Assembly: GCA_023133415.1 (NCBI GenBank)
Contig: JAGLWM010000002.1
Coordinates: 24,081 to 88,080, forward strand
DNA: 64,000 nt
From: Candidatus Pacearchaeota archaeon
Lineage (GTDB): Archaea; Nanobdellota; Nanobdellia; Pacearchaeales; GW2011-AR1
Reading direction: 5' to 3'
Below, in pieces: positions 29,664 to 39,023 of this stretch. The notes under the pieces are model-generated. The model did not search any database. It saw only the letters and a list, made by a program, of their open reading frames with translations, and was not told where the DNA came from. Position 1 is the stretch's first letter, and each line of letters opens with the position of its first letter. A program made the translations under genes and the position numbers.

Positions 29664-31853
29664 TTAATTAATTTTATTTAAATGGAAAGCATTTTTAATT
29701 TCTTCCTCTTGTCTCTTCAAAAATTCTTTAAAATCTTCTCTCAAGCTTGTAAAATCTTCATTACGATTACTAGTTTTTTCGAAAGTATTTTGATCAATTA
29801 TAAATGTTGGACTAAACTGTACAACCCTATTTTTAGTCTTAACCTCATAGCCAATATTTTTAACCTCTTTAGTGAAAACTTCATAATCTGATTTAAGAAT
29901 TTTTTTTATTTCATTAGGTTTAGGCTTATAGGCGATAATTACTGTTGTTGCAACACCTGTTTCTCCAAAGGTGTTTCCAGGCAGATCAAATAGTGCCACA
30001 ATTCGCATTCGGTTGATTATCCATCTTCGGATATTTTTCCATTCTTTTATGGAAGCAATTGAATTAGATAGAACAATCCCCATTCTTCCGCCTTCTTCAA
30101 GTAATTTGTAAGAATTTTCTAAAAATAATACTCCCATATCCATAGACTTCGGTAAATTGCCTGGCTTCCCATCTTTCTTCTTATCTGGTTTTTCTTTATA
30201 TGTTTGATAAAGTTCAATTGTTTCTTTTGGTAAATCCCATTTCCCTTTAGCTCCTGTTTTTAAATCCCTACCCTTACCAAATGGAGGGTTGGTTGCAATA
30301 ACTTTATATTTTTTAATCTCAATATTATTATCACTTAAATTCTCCCAAGTTTCTGGATTAAAATTTTTAGTAGTAAAATATCCTGCTTTCATAATTTTTC
30401 CATTTTCTAATAATTTTTGAGAGAGGGAATCCATTTGTTCAAGAGTTGCTCCTCCATCTCCATTTAGCACCAAGTTTAGTTCTGCAAGTTTTAAGTTACT
30501 GCCCTCTATATCAAAACCATAGAAATGGCTTGCATTATCTGGAAAATCCTTCTCTTTCCTATAAGAATGTCTAAATGCCATCGCTGGGAAATCTGCGATT
30601 CCACAACAGGGATCACAAAGTTCTTCTCCAGGAATAGGATTTAATAATTTGATTATATTTTGCACGACAGGAATAGGGGTAAAAAATTGTCCCTTGTCAG
30701 CTTTTTGTTTTTCATCCCCGAAATTATTAAAAATAATTTGATTAAAACTCTCGCTTTTAGCTTTTAAGATTGCTCTTTGTTGAAACGCTTCAATTAATGC
30801 TATTAAGAATTTTTCATCGTTTGAGTCACTAGATTTAAAATCCTTACTATAATTAAATGAGGGTTTAGATAAAACATTTCCATATTCCCTTTTTGCATCT
30901 TTATATAGTTGATTTATTCTTTCCTTAAAACTTTTCTCTGCTAATCCATCAACTCTTTTTTCTGAAGGTAAAATATAGAATTGTAAATTAGACTTATTTT
31001 TTATACTTCTTTTTTCATCAAAGACTTTCAATGTTAAAAACTCTACTATTAAACTTCTCACAGGACTCTTTGGTTTAATTTTATCATTTTCTCTTTTTAA
31101 AACATGCATCAAGTCTGTAAAGGTACTTTCATCAATAACATCTAAGGAGTCAAATTTTAATTTTGCCAGATTAGAAATACTCTCATTGTTCTCAATAAAG
31201 TCTTTCTGGCAAGGTAGATTAATCAACAAATCTCTATTTTGGATATTTATATCATGTAGCCCTTCCTCTTGCAATTCTCTGTCCTCATAGAATCTTCGCA
31301 AATCAGAATTACCCAACTTTTTTAATATAATTACTTCTTCCTTGTCATCAAAATAAATACCAAAAATCCTATCTTTTGAGGTATTCTTTTCCATCATTGA
31401 GTGCAATTGATTCTCTATAACTGATTGAACATTATCCCCTTGCTTTTTTTTAGCCTCAAAAACAACCAACATCATTTTATTCATTTCTCTGAAATCTTTG
31501 TTTTGTTTTGCTTTTTCATAAGTCTTTAACCATTCTTTCTCTTTGAACACTACTATATCTGCCCTAAGTGGAGTCTTTGTATTTCCTTTTGGCTGGCTAA
31601 ATTCTACACAGATATATTCCTTGTTATATGTCCCAGAATTAACCATGCTCCAAGTCATTCTTGCCCGAAACCATTCTTCAGAAAAATTTCCTTTAGCGTC
31701 TTTTGTTTTTGCCTTTGAGCAAAATGCACTAATATTAAGTTCTTTTTCGTACCAATCTTTATCAATTAAATCTAGTTTTGAATACTTTGACTCAAACTTT
31801 CTAAAATAATCCTGGAATTTTTCATCACTCATCTTCTTCCTCCCAGCAAACAT
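29664..31853 (-). CDS. BcgI-A-like Type IIB R-M subunit: N-terminal PD-(D/E)xK endonuclease (HSDR_N-like) fused to gamma-class N6-adenine methyltransferase
   Basis: RADIVVF...VVFEAKKK (D/ExK). MTase motif I DPCCGIADF and motif IV NPPFG. 729 aa. Confidence 0.65.
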   Translation of the reverse strand: MFAGRKKMSDEKFQDYFRKFESKYSKLDLIDKDWYEKELNISAFCSKAKTKDAKGNFSEEWFRARMTWSMVNSGTYNKEYICVEFSQPKGNTKTPLRADIVVFKEKEWLKTYEKAKQNKDFREMNKMMLVVFEAKKKQGDNVQSVIENQLHSMMEKNTSKDRIFGIYFDDKEEVIILKKLGNSDLRRFYEDRELQEEGLHDINIQNRDLLINLPCQKDFIENNESISNLAKLKFDSLDVIDESTFTDLMHVLKRENDKIKPKSPVRSLIVEFLTLKVFDEKRSIKNKSNLQFYILPSEKRVDGLAEKSFKERINQLYKDAKREYGNVLSKPSFNYSKDFKSSDSNDEKFLIALIEAFQQRAILKAKSESFNQIIFNNFGDEKQKADKGQFFTPIPVVQNIIKLLNPIPGEELCDPCCGIADFPAMAFRHSYRKEKDFPDNASHFYGFDIEGSNLKLAELNLVLNGDGGATLEQMDSLSQKLLENGKIMKAGYFTTKNFNPETWENLSDNNIEIKKYKVIATNPPFGKGRDLKTGAKGKWDLPKETIELYQTYKEKPDKKKDGKPGNLPKSMDMGVLFLENSYKLLEEGGRMGIVLSNSIASIKEWKNIRRWIINRMRIVALFDLPGNTFGETGVATTVIIAYKPKPNEIKKILKSDYEVFTKEVKNIGYEVKTKNRVVQFSPTFIIDQNTFEKTSNRNEDFTSLREDFKEFLKRQEEEIKNAFHLNKIN

Positions 31854-31998
31854 AAACTTTTTTCCCAGCTAAATTCTCAGGTAAATATATTTTAGATGCA
31901 GAATTGCCATTTTTGCTTGGAGCTTTCTCTAAACATCTATTAAAATTAATTTTCTTAAGAACAATTTCACCTTTTATAATTTTTATTTCGCTTTCCAT
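31825..31998 (-). CDS. Small AbrB-like protein (57 aa), possible controller of the R-M operon
   Basis: Not in the ORF track. MESEIKIIKGEIVLKK...KIYLPENLAGKKVYV. Overlaps the start of the A-subunit gene. Confidence 0.35.
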   Translation of the reverse strand: MESEIKIIKGEIVLKKINFNRCLEKAPSKNGNSASKIYLPENLAGKKVYVCWEEEDE

Positions 31999-32090
31999 TG
32001 TAGCTACTAATAGCTTTTAATAGCTACCAACCTTTATAAACATTGTTCAGGTACCGAAACATTTATAAGTTTAAACTACAATAAGTAGCC

Positions 32091-32600
32091 ATGATAAACA
32101 AAGTAAGAAAAATAGCAGAAGATGTCTTTAGCTCACTTGGAAGCGGATATGCCGAAGAGGTCTACGAGAAAGCAATGGAAGTAGGTTTGAGGCTGGAAAA
32201 GATTCCTTACGAAAACCAAAGAGTTCTACCAGTATTTTACAAAAACTTCGCTGTGGGTATGTCTAAGCCTGATTTAATAATCAAAGATACCGAAGGAGGA
32301 GAAAAAATTATTTTAGAACTTAAAGCCACACCATCCGCAACTGGAATGAAAGAAGAGGTTCAATTACAGAAATATCTTCAAACTCTAAAAATGAAAAAAG
32401 GAATTATTATTAATTTCCCTCAAACTAACAAAGATGGTCCAGGTGCAGAGATTGAATTTAAGGAAGTTAGCGATGAGTTAAATAAGTGTGATAAATGTGG
32501 AAAAATTCTTTGTCATGGAGCTGAGTGTGAAACATGTGTTAAGGAAGAAGCTAAAAGATTGAAGGAAGCTGAGAAGAAAGAGAAGGCTGTGGATGAATGA
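32091..32600 (+). CDS. GxxExxY-family (PD-(D/E)xK-like) protein with C-terminal CxxC zinc ribbon
   Basis: LGSGYAEEVYEKAM...IILELKA. Two CxxC pairs. Confidence 0.6.
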   Translation: MINKVRKIAEDVFSSLGSGYAEEVYEKAMEVGLRLEKIPYENQRVLPVFYKNFAVGMSKPDLIIKDTEGGEKIILELKATPSATGMKEEVQLQKYLQTLKMKKGIIINFPQTNKDGPGAEIEFKEVSDELNKCDKCGKILCHGAECETCVKEEAKRLKEAEKKEKAVDE

Positions 32601-32920
32601 ATCAAGTGGACGAATTTTATGGAATTGTTAGAATAATTTTCCTCGTACTAGGTGGTATTCTTATAGGGTTTCTTCTTTGGCACCCTAGTCAGAATGATTA
32701 TGTTAGTAAAATAGATTATAATTTACTTTATCAAGATTATCAAGAATTACAGCAAGAAAATCAAGAGATAAAAGAGGATATTGGAAAGTTATTGATTGAA
32801 TATTATGGGAAACCTATCGTGTGGGATATTATTGGAATTACTAAATATAAAAAAGGTTTGTGTGCTTTAAAAATAGTATTAAAGGAAGAGATTCCATTAA
32901 TAAATAAGTTACCTTGTTAA
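32597..32920 (+). CDS. Small membrane protein
   Basis: Single TM plus coiled region. Inside the mobile element. Confidence 0.35.
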   Translation: MNQVDEFYGIVRIIFLVLGGILIGFLLWHPSQNDYVSKIDYNLLYQDYQELQQENQEIKEDIGKLLIEYYGKPIVWDIIGITKYKKGLCALKIVLKEEIPLINKLPC

Positions 32921-32923
32921 AGA

Positions 32924-33208
32924 ATGAGTATAAATTTAATTGTCTTAGGATTAAGTCTTGATTTTTTCGGAGTTGCTATATTAATATTAGTAACTCTCTT
33001 TGGAACTTGGCATCAAAAAGTTCACACAGCAAAGTGGAGCAAAAAATATTATTGGGAGGGGAGAATATTTGATTTTAGAAAATTTCCTCCAAGATTGAGG
33101 AAAGTTTTGAAATATGGATTCATTCCTCCTAAGCATATGTGGAATTCAGTCGGCTTCTTATTAATTGGTTTAGGCTTCTTGCTTCAAATAATAGGAAATC
33201 TTAGATAA
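32924..33208 (+). CDS. Small membrane protein (2 TM)
   Basis: Inside the mobile element, just before the right TIR. Confidence 0.35.
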   Translation: MSINLIVLGLSLDFFGVAILILVTLFGTWHQKVHTAKWSKKYYWEGRIFDFRKFPPRLRKVLKYGFIPPKHMWNSVGFLLIGLGFLLQIIGNLR

Positions 33209-33300
33209 GTTTCTGTGTATAAAGTAAGCTCTTATTTAGACTTTATACACAAAGCTGAGCAGGAAGATAATTTTATAAAGATTGGACTGTTTAAAACGAT

Positions 33301-33699
33301 ATGATTAAGTTTAGAGATGATAGTCCTAATGCTCGGGCGAAGGAGCTTGAGGGCAAGGTGGAGAGTCTTCTTGCTGATAATAAATGGAAGGAAGGTCAGA
33401 GAATTATGAAGGTAGCTATAAAGACTGCTGAGAGGGGGGATTCTCTTGTTTATGTTAGAGAGTTGAAAGACAAGTATGACTCGATTAAATCAAGTAAAAA
33501 TCCTTATACTGGGGGATTTAGGGATATTCGGTATTTGTTGTTTGGGGTTTTTGTTGTTGGTCTTTTATTTTTGTTTAATAGCATTACTGGCAATGTTGTT
33601 GGTGGCTTAGGGAGAGATAGTGTAGGTTTGGTTGGTTTTATTCTGATGGGTTTGTGTGTCGGTGGGTATTTTTTAGTTAAAAAGGGTAACGGCTTTTGA
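33301..33699 (+). CDS. Hypothetical protein with C-terminal TM pair
   Basis: ORF only. Confidence 0.35.
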   Translation: MIKFRDDSPNARAKELEGKVESLLADNKWKEGQRIMKVAIKTAERGDSLVYVRELKDKYDSIKSSKNPYTGGFRDIRYLLFGVFVVGLLFLFNSITGNVVGGLGRDSVGLVGFILMGLCVGGYFLVKKGNGF

Positions 33700-33780
33700 T
33701 TGATATTTTTATTGGAGTTGTTTTTTTATTTTGGGAGGTGGAGGAAAGTTTAAGAGTATTGTTATTTTGATTTTAGTGAG

Positions 33781-35952
33781 GTGATTATGGTTAGTACTGA
33801 AGATATTTTGAAGAAGTATGGGTCGAAGATAGAGAGGCAGATGAGGGGATATGATGCTTCGAGTGGGAAGCGGAGTTTTAGTAAGAGTTATGAAAAGTTT
33901 CGGGTTTCGATGTTACCAGAGTTTTCACGGTATGAGAGGTGGTGTAAGTCGATGGGGAATTTGTTTGCTATTAAGGTTGGGGAGAAAGATAAGAGGAGGA
34001 TTGACCGGGCGATTGAGATTGCGCATTTGAATGTTTCTACTAGTGAGGTTGTTGTTTTCTCTACGATGTTGTTATTTTTGACTTTGTTTGGGGGAATTTT
34101 GTTATTTACTGCAATTTGGTTATTAACTGGAGTTTTTTCTTTTATGTTTTTATTTTTTATTTTTATTTTTTCAATTTTTTCATTTTTCTATTCATCGAAG
34201 GCTCCGGAGAGATTGGCGGTGAAGTGGCGGCTGAAGGCTTCGAGTCAGATGGTTCCGGCGATTTTGTATATTGTGATTTATATGAAGCATACGAGTAATT
34301 TTGAGAAGGCTGTGGCTTTTGCGGCTGAGCATTTGCAACCACCATTGAGTTTGGATTTTAAGAAGATTTTTTGGGATGTTGAAGTTGGGAAGTTTTCGAC
34401 CATTAAAGATTCGGTTGATAATTATTTGCTCGGTTGGAGGGATTATAGTTTGGAGTTTATTGGAGCGTTTCATTTGATTGAGTCAAGTTTGTATGAGCCA
34501 AGTGAGGATCGGAGAGTGCAGGTTTTGGAGAAGAGTTTGCAGGTTATTCTGGATGGTGTTTATGATAAGATGTTGAAATATACGCATGATGCGAAGGCGC
34601 CGCTGACGAATGTTTATATGTTAGGGATTGTTTTGCCGACGCTGGCTTTGGCTATTTTACCGCTTGCTTCGACGATGCTTGGGGGCGCGATTGCTTGGTA
34701 TCATGTGTTTTTGATTTTTAATGTGTTGGTGCCGTTTATGGTAATTTATATGACGAATGATGTTATGATGAGGAGGCCTGGTGGCTATGGGGAGTCTAGT
34801 TTGCTTGAGAGGAATCCACTTTATTCGAAGTATAAGAGTAGCGTTGGATATTGGAAAGGGTTTTTTTGTGCGTTGCCTTTCTTTTTGATTGGGCTGATTC
34901 CTTTTTTGTGGAGATATACTGATGCGCCACTTTTGATTGGGACGACGCGGGATTATTCTTGGTCGCAATTGGGTTTGGGTTTTTTGGGGGGTGGTGGAGT
35001 TTTTGGAATTTTGACTGATTCTGCTGGGAACTTATCTGGGCCTTTTGGTTCGGGTGCTTTGCTTTTGAGTTTGGGGATTCCGGCTGCTGTTGCCATTGTT
35101 TTTATTGTTGCGTTTAGAGAGAAGACAGAGGAGATTTTGGTTACGAGAAATAAGTATAAGGAAGTTGAGAGCGAGTTTACGTCGTCGCTATTTCAGTTGG
35201 GAAATAGAATTGGGGATGGGTCGCCTGCGGAAATTGCTTTTTTGAAGGTTTCGAGTTCTGTTAAGGGAACTGCGACTGAGGGGTTTTTTAGGATAGTGAA
35301 TGAGAATATTGGGCAGTTGGGGATGAGTTTGGAGAGGGCTCTTTTTGATCCGAAGAGGGGCGCGGTTGTTTTTTATCCTTCGCAGTTGATTGCTACTTCG
35401 ATGAAGATTTTGGTTGAGTCGGTGAAGAAGGGGTTGCAGGTTGCGGCGCGGAGCTTGATGTCGATTAGTGATTATGTTAAAAATATCAAGAAGATTAATG
35501 ATAGGTTGAATGATTTGTTGGCGGATATTATTTCGGACATGAAGTCGAATATGACTTTTTTGGCGCCGTTGTTGTCTGGGATTATTGTTGGGTTGGCTGG
35601 AATGATTACGACGATTCTTGGAACTCTGCATGAGATGTTTTCTTCTGGCGTTTTGACTGGGGAGGGGATTTTAGCCGCTGGAGGTGTTGCTGGAATTTTA
35701 TCGATTTTTGATGTGACGAAGATGATTCCGACTTATTGGTTGCAGATTGCCGTTGGGATTTATTTGATTGAGGTTGTTTTTATTTTGACGTCGACTCTTG
35801 TTACAATTAAGAGTGGGAGGGATCCTTTGCAGGCGACGGCGGAGACTGGGAAAAATTTGAAGGTTTCGATGATTCTATATTTGGTTGTTGCGATGGGGAG
35901 TATAATAGGTTTGACTGTTATTGGGGCTGTTGCTTTGGCTGGGCTTACTTAG
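33781..35952 (+). CDS. FlaJ/TadC-like polytopic membrane platform protein of a type IV pilus/archaellum-like system
   Basis: 723 aa, many TM segments and two cytoplasmic domains. Locus context with ATPase, pilins and peptidase. Confidence 0.5.
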   Translation: MIMVSTEDILKKYGSKIERQMRGYDASSGKRSFSKSYEKFRVSMLPEFSRYERWCKSMGNLFAIKVGEKDKRRIDRAIEIAHLNVSTSEVVVFSTMLLFLTLFGGILLFTAIWLLTGVFSFMFLFFIFIFSIFSFFYSSKAPERLAVKWRLKASSQMVPAILYIVIYMKHTSNFEKAVAFAAEHLQPPLSLDFKKIFWDVEVGKFSTIKDSVDNYLLGWRDYSLEFIGAFHLIESSLYEPSEDRRVQVLEKSLQVILDGVYDKMLKYTHDAKAPLTNVYMLGIVLPTLALAILPLASTMLGGAIAWYHVFLIFNVLVPFMVIYMTNDVMMRRPGGYGESSLLERNPLYSKYKSSVGYWKGFFCALPFFLIGLIPFLWRYTDAPLLIGTTRDYSWSQLGLGFLGGGGVFGILTDSAGNLSGPFGSGALLLSLGIPAAVAIVFIVAFREKTEEILVTRNKYKEVESEFTSSLFQLGNRIGDGSPAEIAFLKVSSSVKGTATEGFFRIVNENIGQLGMSLERALFDPKRGAVVFYPSQLIATSMKILVESVKKGLQVAARSLMSISDYVKNIKKINDRLNDLLADIISDMKSNMTFLAPLLSGIIVGLAGMITTILGTLHEMFSSGVLTGEGILAAGGVAGILSIFDVTKMIPTYWLQIAVGIYLIEVVFILTSTLVTIKSGRDPLQATAETGKNLKVSMILYLVVAMGSIIGLTVIGAVALAGLT

Positions 35953-36019
35953 GCAATGGTTGGATAGGCAATGGTTGGATAGGCAATGGTTGGATAGGCA
36001 ATGGTTGGATAGGCAATGG
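35951..36019 (+). repeat. 15-bp minisatellite (AGGCAATGGTTGGAT)x4.6, followed by GC hairpin GCGCTC-TGTG-GAGCGC
   Basis: Directly visible. Confidence 0.9.
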
Positions 36020-36089
36020 GCTTGTTGCGCTCTGTGGAGCGCGACTTGTTTGGCTTGGAAGGTTCTATATTGTTGATTATTGTTGAATT

Positions 36090-36461
36090 TTGATGGTGAG
36101 GGATTTTCGGGATTTGGACGTTTGGAAGAGGGCGTTTTTGTTTGGTAAGGAAATTTATAAGGTGACTTCTGGGTTTCCAAAAAGTGAAGTTTATGGGTTA
36201 ACTTCGCAGCTGAGAAGGGCGGCGGTCAGTATTTCGTCTAATATTGCTGAAGGATGCGGAAGGAGGACAAGTAAGGACTTTGTTTCGTTTTTACATAATG
36301 CGATGGGGAGTATTCGGGAGGTTGAAAATCAGGTTATGCTGGCTGGTGAGGTTGGGTATTTGGAGAAAGTGAAGGCTGAGGAGTTGGTGAAGGAATTGAA
36401 TAATATGGGGAGAATGTTGAATAGGTTTATTGGGCATGTTTCTGGATTGGAGATAGAATAA
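36090..36461 (+). CDS. Four-helix-bundle protein (23S rRNA intervening-sequence protein / Avd-like family)
   Basis: DLDVWKRA...GLTSQLRRAAVSISSNIAEG matches the TIGR02436-type signature. Confidence 0.7.
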   Translation: MMVRDFRDLDVWKRAFLFGKEIYKVTSGFPKSEVYGLTSQLRRAAVSISSNIAEGCGRRTSKDFVSFLHNAMGSIREVENQVMLAGEVGYLEKVKAEELVKELNNMGRMLNRFIGHVSGLEIE

Positions 36462-36499
36462 GAAAGTTTTATAAATAAAAGAGTTGTGGTTGTTTTAAG

Positions 36500-36850
36500 A
36501 TGGTGAATAAGAAGGGGCAGCAGATGACGCTTGGGACGATTATCGCGATTGTTTTGGGGATTGCTGTTTTGGTGTTTTTGATTTTTGGATTTTCGACTGG
36601 ATGGACTAATTTGTGGGATAGGATTACGGCTTTTGGTGGGGGTGAAGCAAATGTCGATACAATCGTTCAGGCTTGTGCTTTGAAGTGTGCGACGCAAGAT
36701 GTATATGGGTTTTGTATTGCGAATCAGACTTTGAAAATTGGAAAGGGTGAGGATGATATTAAGGAATCTTGTAATATTTTGGCGACTAATGACAAGTATA
36801 AGAAGTATGGGATTAAGAGTTGTCCTGGGATTGCTTGCCCTGGGCCCTAA
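36500..36850 (+). CDS. Type IV pilin-like protein (class III signal peptide)
   Basis: KKGQQMTLGTIIAIVLGIAVLVF prepilin-like N-terminus. Cys-containing globular part. Confidence 0.55.
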   Translation: MVNKKGQQMTLGTIIAIVLGIAVLVFLIFGFSTGWTNLWDRITAFGGGEANVDTIVQACALKCATQDVYGFCIANQTLKIGKGEDDIKESCNILATNDKYKKYGIKSCPGIACPGP

Positions 36851-37124
36851 TTTGTTTTAGGAATCTTTATTAATTAGTTTAGTGTTTTATTCTTATGGAA
36901 ATGTAAGCTTATATAAGCTTTCGATTTCATTTTATGAAGGAAGATAAAAATGGAAATGGAGGAGATTGTTAAGATTTTGATTTTTGTGGTTGTGCTGATT
37001 ATAATGATTGGGGGTTTTATTTTGCTTAGTGGTAAGGGTGGGGATTTGATTGAGGGGATTAGGAGTGCTTTGAGGTTTGGACGATGAGCAAAATCGAAGA
37101 TTTTGCAGGTCGCAGGGGTGAAGA

Positions 37125-38414
37125 ATGATTTGTGAAAATAAGGTTGGGGCTGTAAATTGGACTATTGGTAAGTTATTGAATGTTGTTTTGTTGGTTATTG
37201 TTTTGGTTTTGATTATTTATGGGATAACGACTGGGGGATTAAAGCCGTTGATTGATAGTCTTGAGGTGAAGTTTGACGAGGTGCAGATTTTGTTGGGATT
37301 TAAGGAGGCTTTGTATAGTGGTTGTTATAAAACTAAAATTGTGGATTTGGGAGGAGGTGAGGAGTTTTTGGTTAGTTTGGGGATTGTTGGGCGGGATGCT
37401 GTTTTGGAGATTTGTAGAGATGGGGTGTGTAGTATTAATGAGAGTGAGATTGGTGCGTATCGTATTGTTAAGGGAGTTGTTGAGAAATTTGATGATGGGG
37501 AGTGGAGTGTGTGTGGTTTAGTATTTGGTGATAGATTAAGTTCTGTGAAATTTAATTGGGAAATGTATCATAAGGGGGTTGATGTTTTGGAGAATGCTGG
37601 TGTGAAAGATTTGTATAATAGGGGGTTTACTCGGCAGTTTATTTTGTATGGGGATGGGGATGTCTACGCGATTTGGCAGAATGGATATTGGAGAGTTACG
37701 GGGGGGGGTAAAATATCTAATGCTGAGAATTGGGTTAAAGAAGGGGAAAATTGGGTTCTTAAAGATTGGTGTGGTAAAATAATAAAAAAAGTCAAAAATT
37801 ATTATAGTGGAACTGATGATGATGAAGCTATTGATGTGTTTGCCGAAGAGGTTAGAAGGGGATATGATGATAAGGTTTATTGGCAGGAGACGATTCCAAC
37901 AAAACCTGATGTAGAATATATTAGTGGTTTCGGTCATGGAGAAATTATTGGGACGCTTGTAGGTGATATAGGGTGGTTCTTTGATAAGTTGGATGATGAT
38001 GAAGAAGTTGAAAAATTAAAGTTGGAATTTAAGAAAAGAAAAAAAATGTATTTGAACGAGGCGAGACTTTCTGATGACGATGTTAAGAGATTGGGGGATG
38101 CCATTAAGGGTAAAAAGATTAATGTTACGGGTAAAGAATTTGAAGTAGGGGCGGAAGGGACTAGAGAGTTTCCAATTGTTAGTTTTTCTGGAGATGAGAA
38201 GTTTGGGTTAAGACATAGTTTTAATGCTAAAATGAATAGTGACTTTATTCCGGGTGTTAAGTTGAGATATTTCCCAGTTAATCTCGTTAAATGGGGTGAA
38301 TCTGCGTGGAGTGATGTTGGCAATGAAGAATATTATAGATTATATGAAAGAAACTTTAAGGAGGTCTATGAGGCTACTTTGATTAGTCAGTTTTTGAGAG
38401 AGAAATGCAAATAA
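37125..38414 (+). CDS. Large secreted/pilin-like protein with N-terminal TM
   Basis: 429 aa, N-terminal hydrophobic helix. Conserved AGGTCGCAGG motif upstream. Confidence 0.4.
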   Translation: MICENKVGAVNWTIGKLLNVVLLVIVLVLIIYGITTGGLKPLIDSLEVKFDEVQILLGFKEALYSGCYKTKIVDLGGGEEFLVSLGIVGRDAVLEICRDGVCSINESEIGAYRIVKGVVEKFDDGEWSVCGLVFGDRLSSVKFNWEMYHKGVDVLENAGVKDLYNRGFTRQFILYGDGDVYAIWQNGYWRVTGGGKISNAENWVKEGENWVLKDWCGKIIKKVKNYYSGTDDDEAIDVFAEEVRRGYDDKVYWQETIPTKPDVEYISGFGHGEIIGTLVGDIGWFFDKLDDDEEVEKLKLEFKKRKKMYLNEARLSDDDVKRLGDAIKGKKINVTGKEFEVGAEGTREFPIVSFSGDEKFGLRHSFNAKMNSDFIPGVKLRYFPVNLVKWGESAWSDVGNEEYYRLYERNFKEVYEATLISQFLREKCK

Positions 38415-38896
38415 TAAATAAGAGAGGTGCGTTGTTGAGTGAAGGGAGTGTAAAAGTTATCATAGCGGTTGCGGTTGTTGTGGGAATGGTTTATTTATTG
38501 GTCAGTTTATTCTCTCCCGTTTTTGATGAGGCTGATGAGACGGCGAAATCTTATTTTGAGACATTGGAAAGGGCGATTGAGGATGTGGGTGGAGGAAGTA
38601 GTTTTTTTATGTTGGATAATGGGGATGATGATTTGAATTTTTATTTGGTTTATTTTGGGAATACTGTTGAGTTTAGGGAGGATGGGAAAGTGTTTACGCA
38701 TAAGAGAGGCAAGGGGGAATATGTTCTTTGTGTTTGCTCTGAAAATAAGAAGGTTGTAGTTTGTAAATATTGTGAGGAGATGAAGTTGCCTGTGAGGCTG
38801 GAGGGTGGGGGTGATGAATGGATTGTTGGAGAAGGAAAAAGAATGAGTTTATATAAAACGACGGAGGTTTATGATGTATCTGTTAAAGTTGAATAG
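38405..38896 (+). CDS. Pilin-like protein (class III signal)
   Basis: NKRGALLSEGSVKVIIAVAVVVGMV. Confidence 0.5.
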   Translation: MQIINKRGALLSEGSVKVIIAVAVVVGMVYLLVSLFSPVFDEADETAKSYFETLERAIEDVGGGSSFFMLDNGDDDLNFYLVYFGNTVEFREDGKVFTHKRGKGEYVLCVCSENKKVVVCKYCEEMKLPVRLEGGGDEWIVGEGKRMSLYKTTEVYDVSVKVE

Positions 38897-39023
38897 GAAG
38901 GGGGCGATTGTTTCGGATGAGACGATCAAGTGGATTGGGTATCTTGGGCTTCTGGCTGCGGTGAGTTTTGCAATTTGGAAGATTGTTTCGAAGGTGATGG
39001 GTTAATTTTATTAAGTTGTTTTT

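Larger units (their letters stand above)
25381..33255. mobile_element. 7.9-kb transposon-like element with perfect 16-bp TIR (GCTTTGTGTATAAAGT / ACTTTATACACAAAGC) and 11-bp direct duplication TGAGCAGGAAG
   Basis: TIRs at 25381-25396 and 33240-33255. Flanking direct repeats at 25370-25380 and 33256-33266. Subterminal TGTGTATAAAGT copies. A-rich cargo including a transposase and R-M genes. Confidence 0.75.

Noticed and set aside
28111-31853. Type I R-M system (HsdM/HsdS) needing an HsdR
   Set aside because: The MTase carries an N-terminal PD-ExK nuclease domain, so the pair fits the Type IIB (BcgI-like) architecture. No HsdR helicase is present in the window.
35875-36180. Minus-strand ORF with HCLSN repeats
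   Set aside because: Antisense reading of the 15-bp minisatellite. It overlaps the start of the four-helix-bundle gene.
36090-36461. Diversity-generating retroelement
   Set aside because: Only the Avd-family protein and a hairpin are present. No reverse transcriptase or TR/VR pair is detectable in the window.
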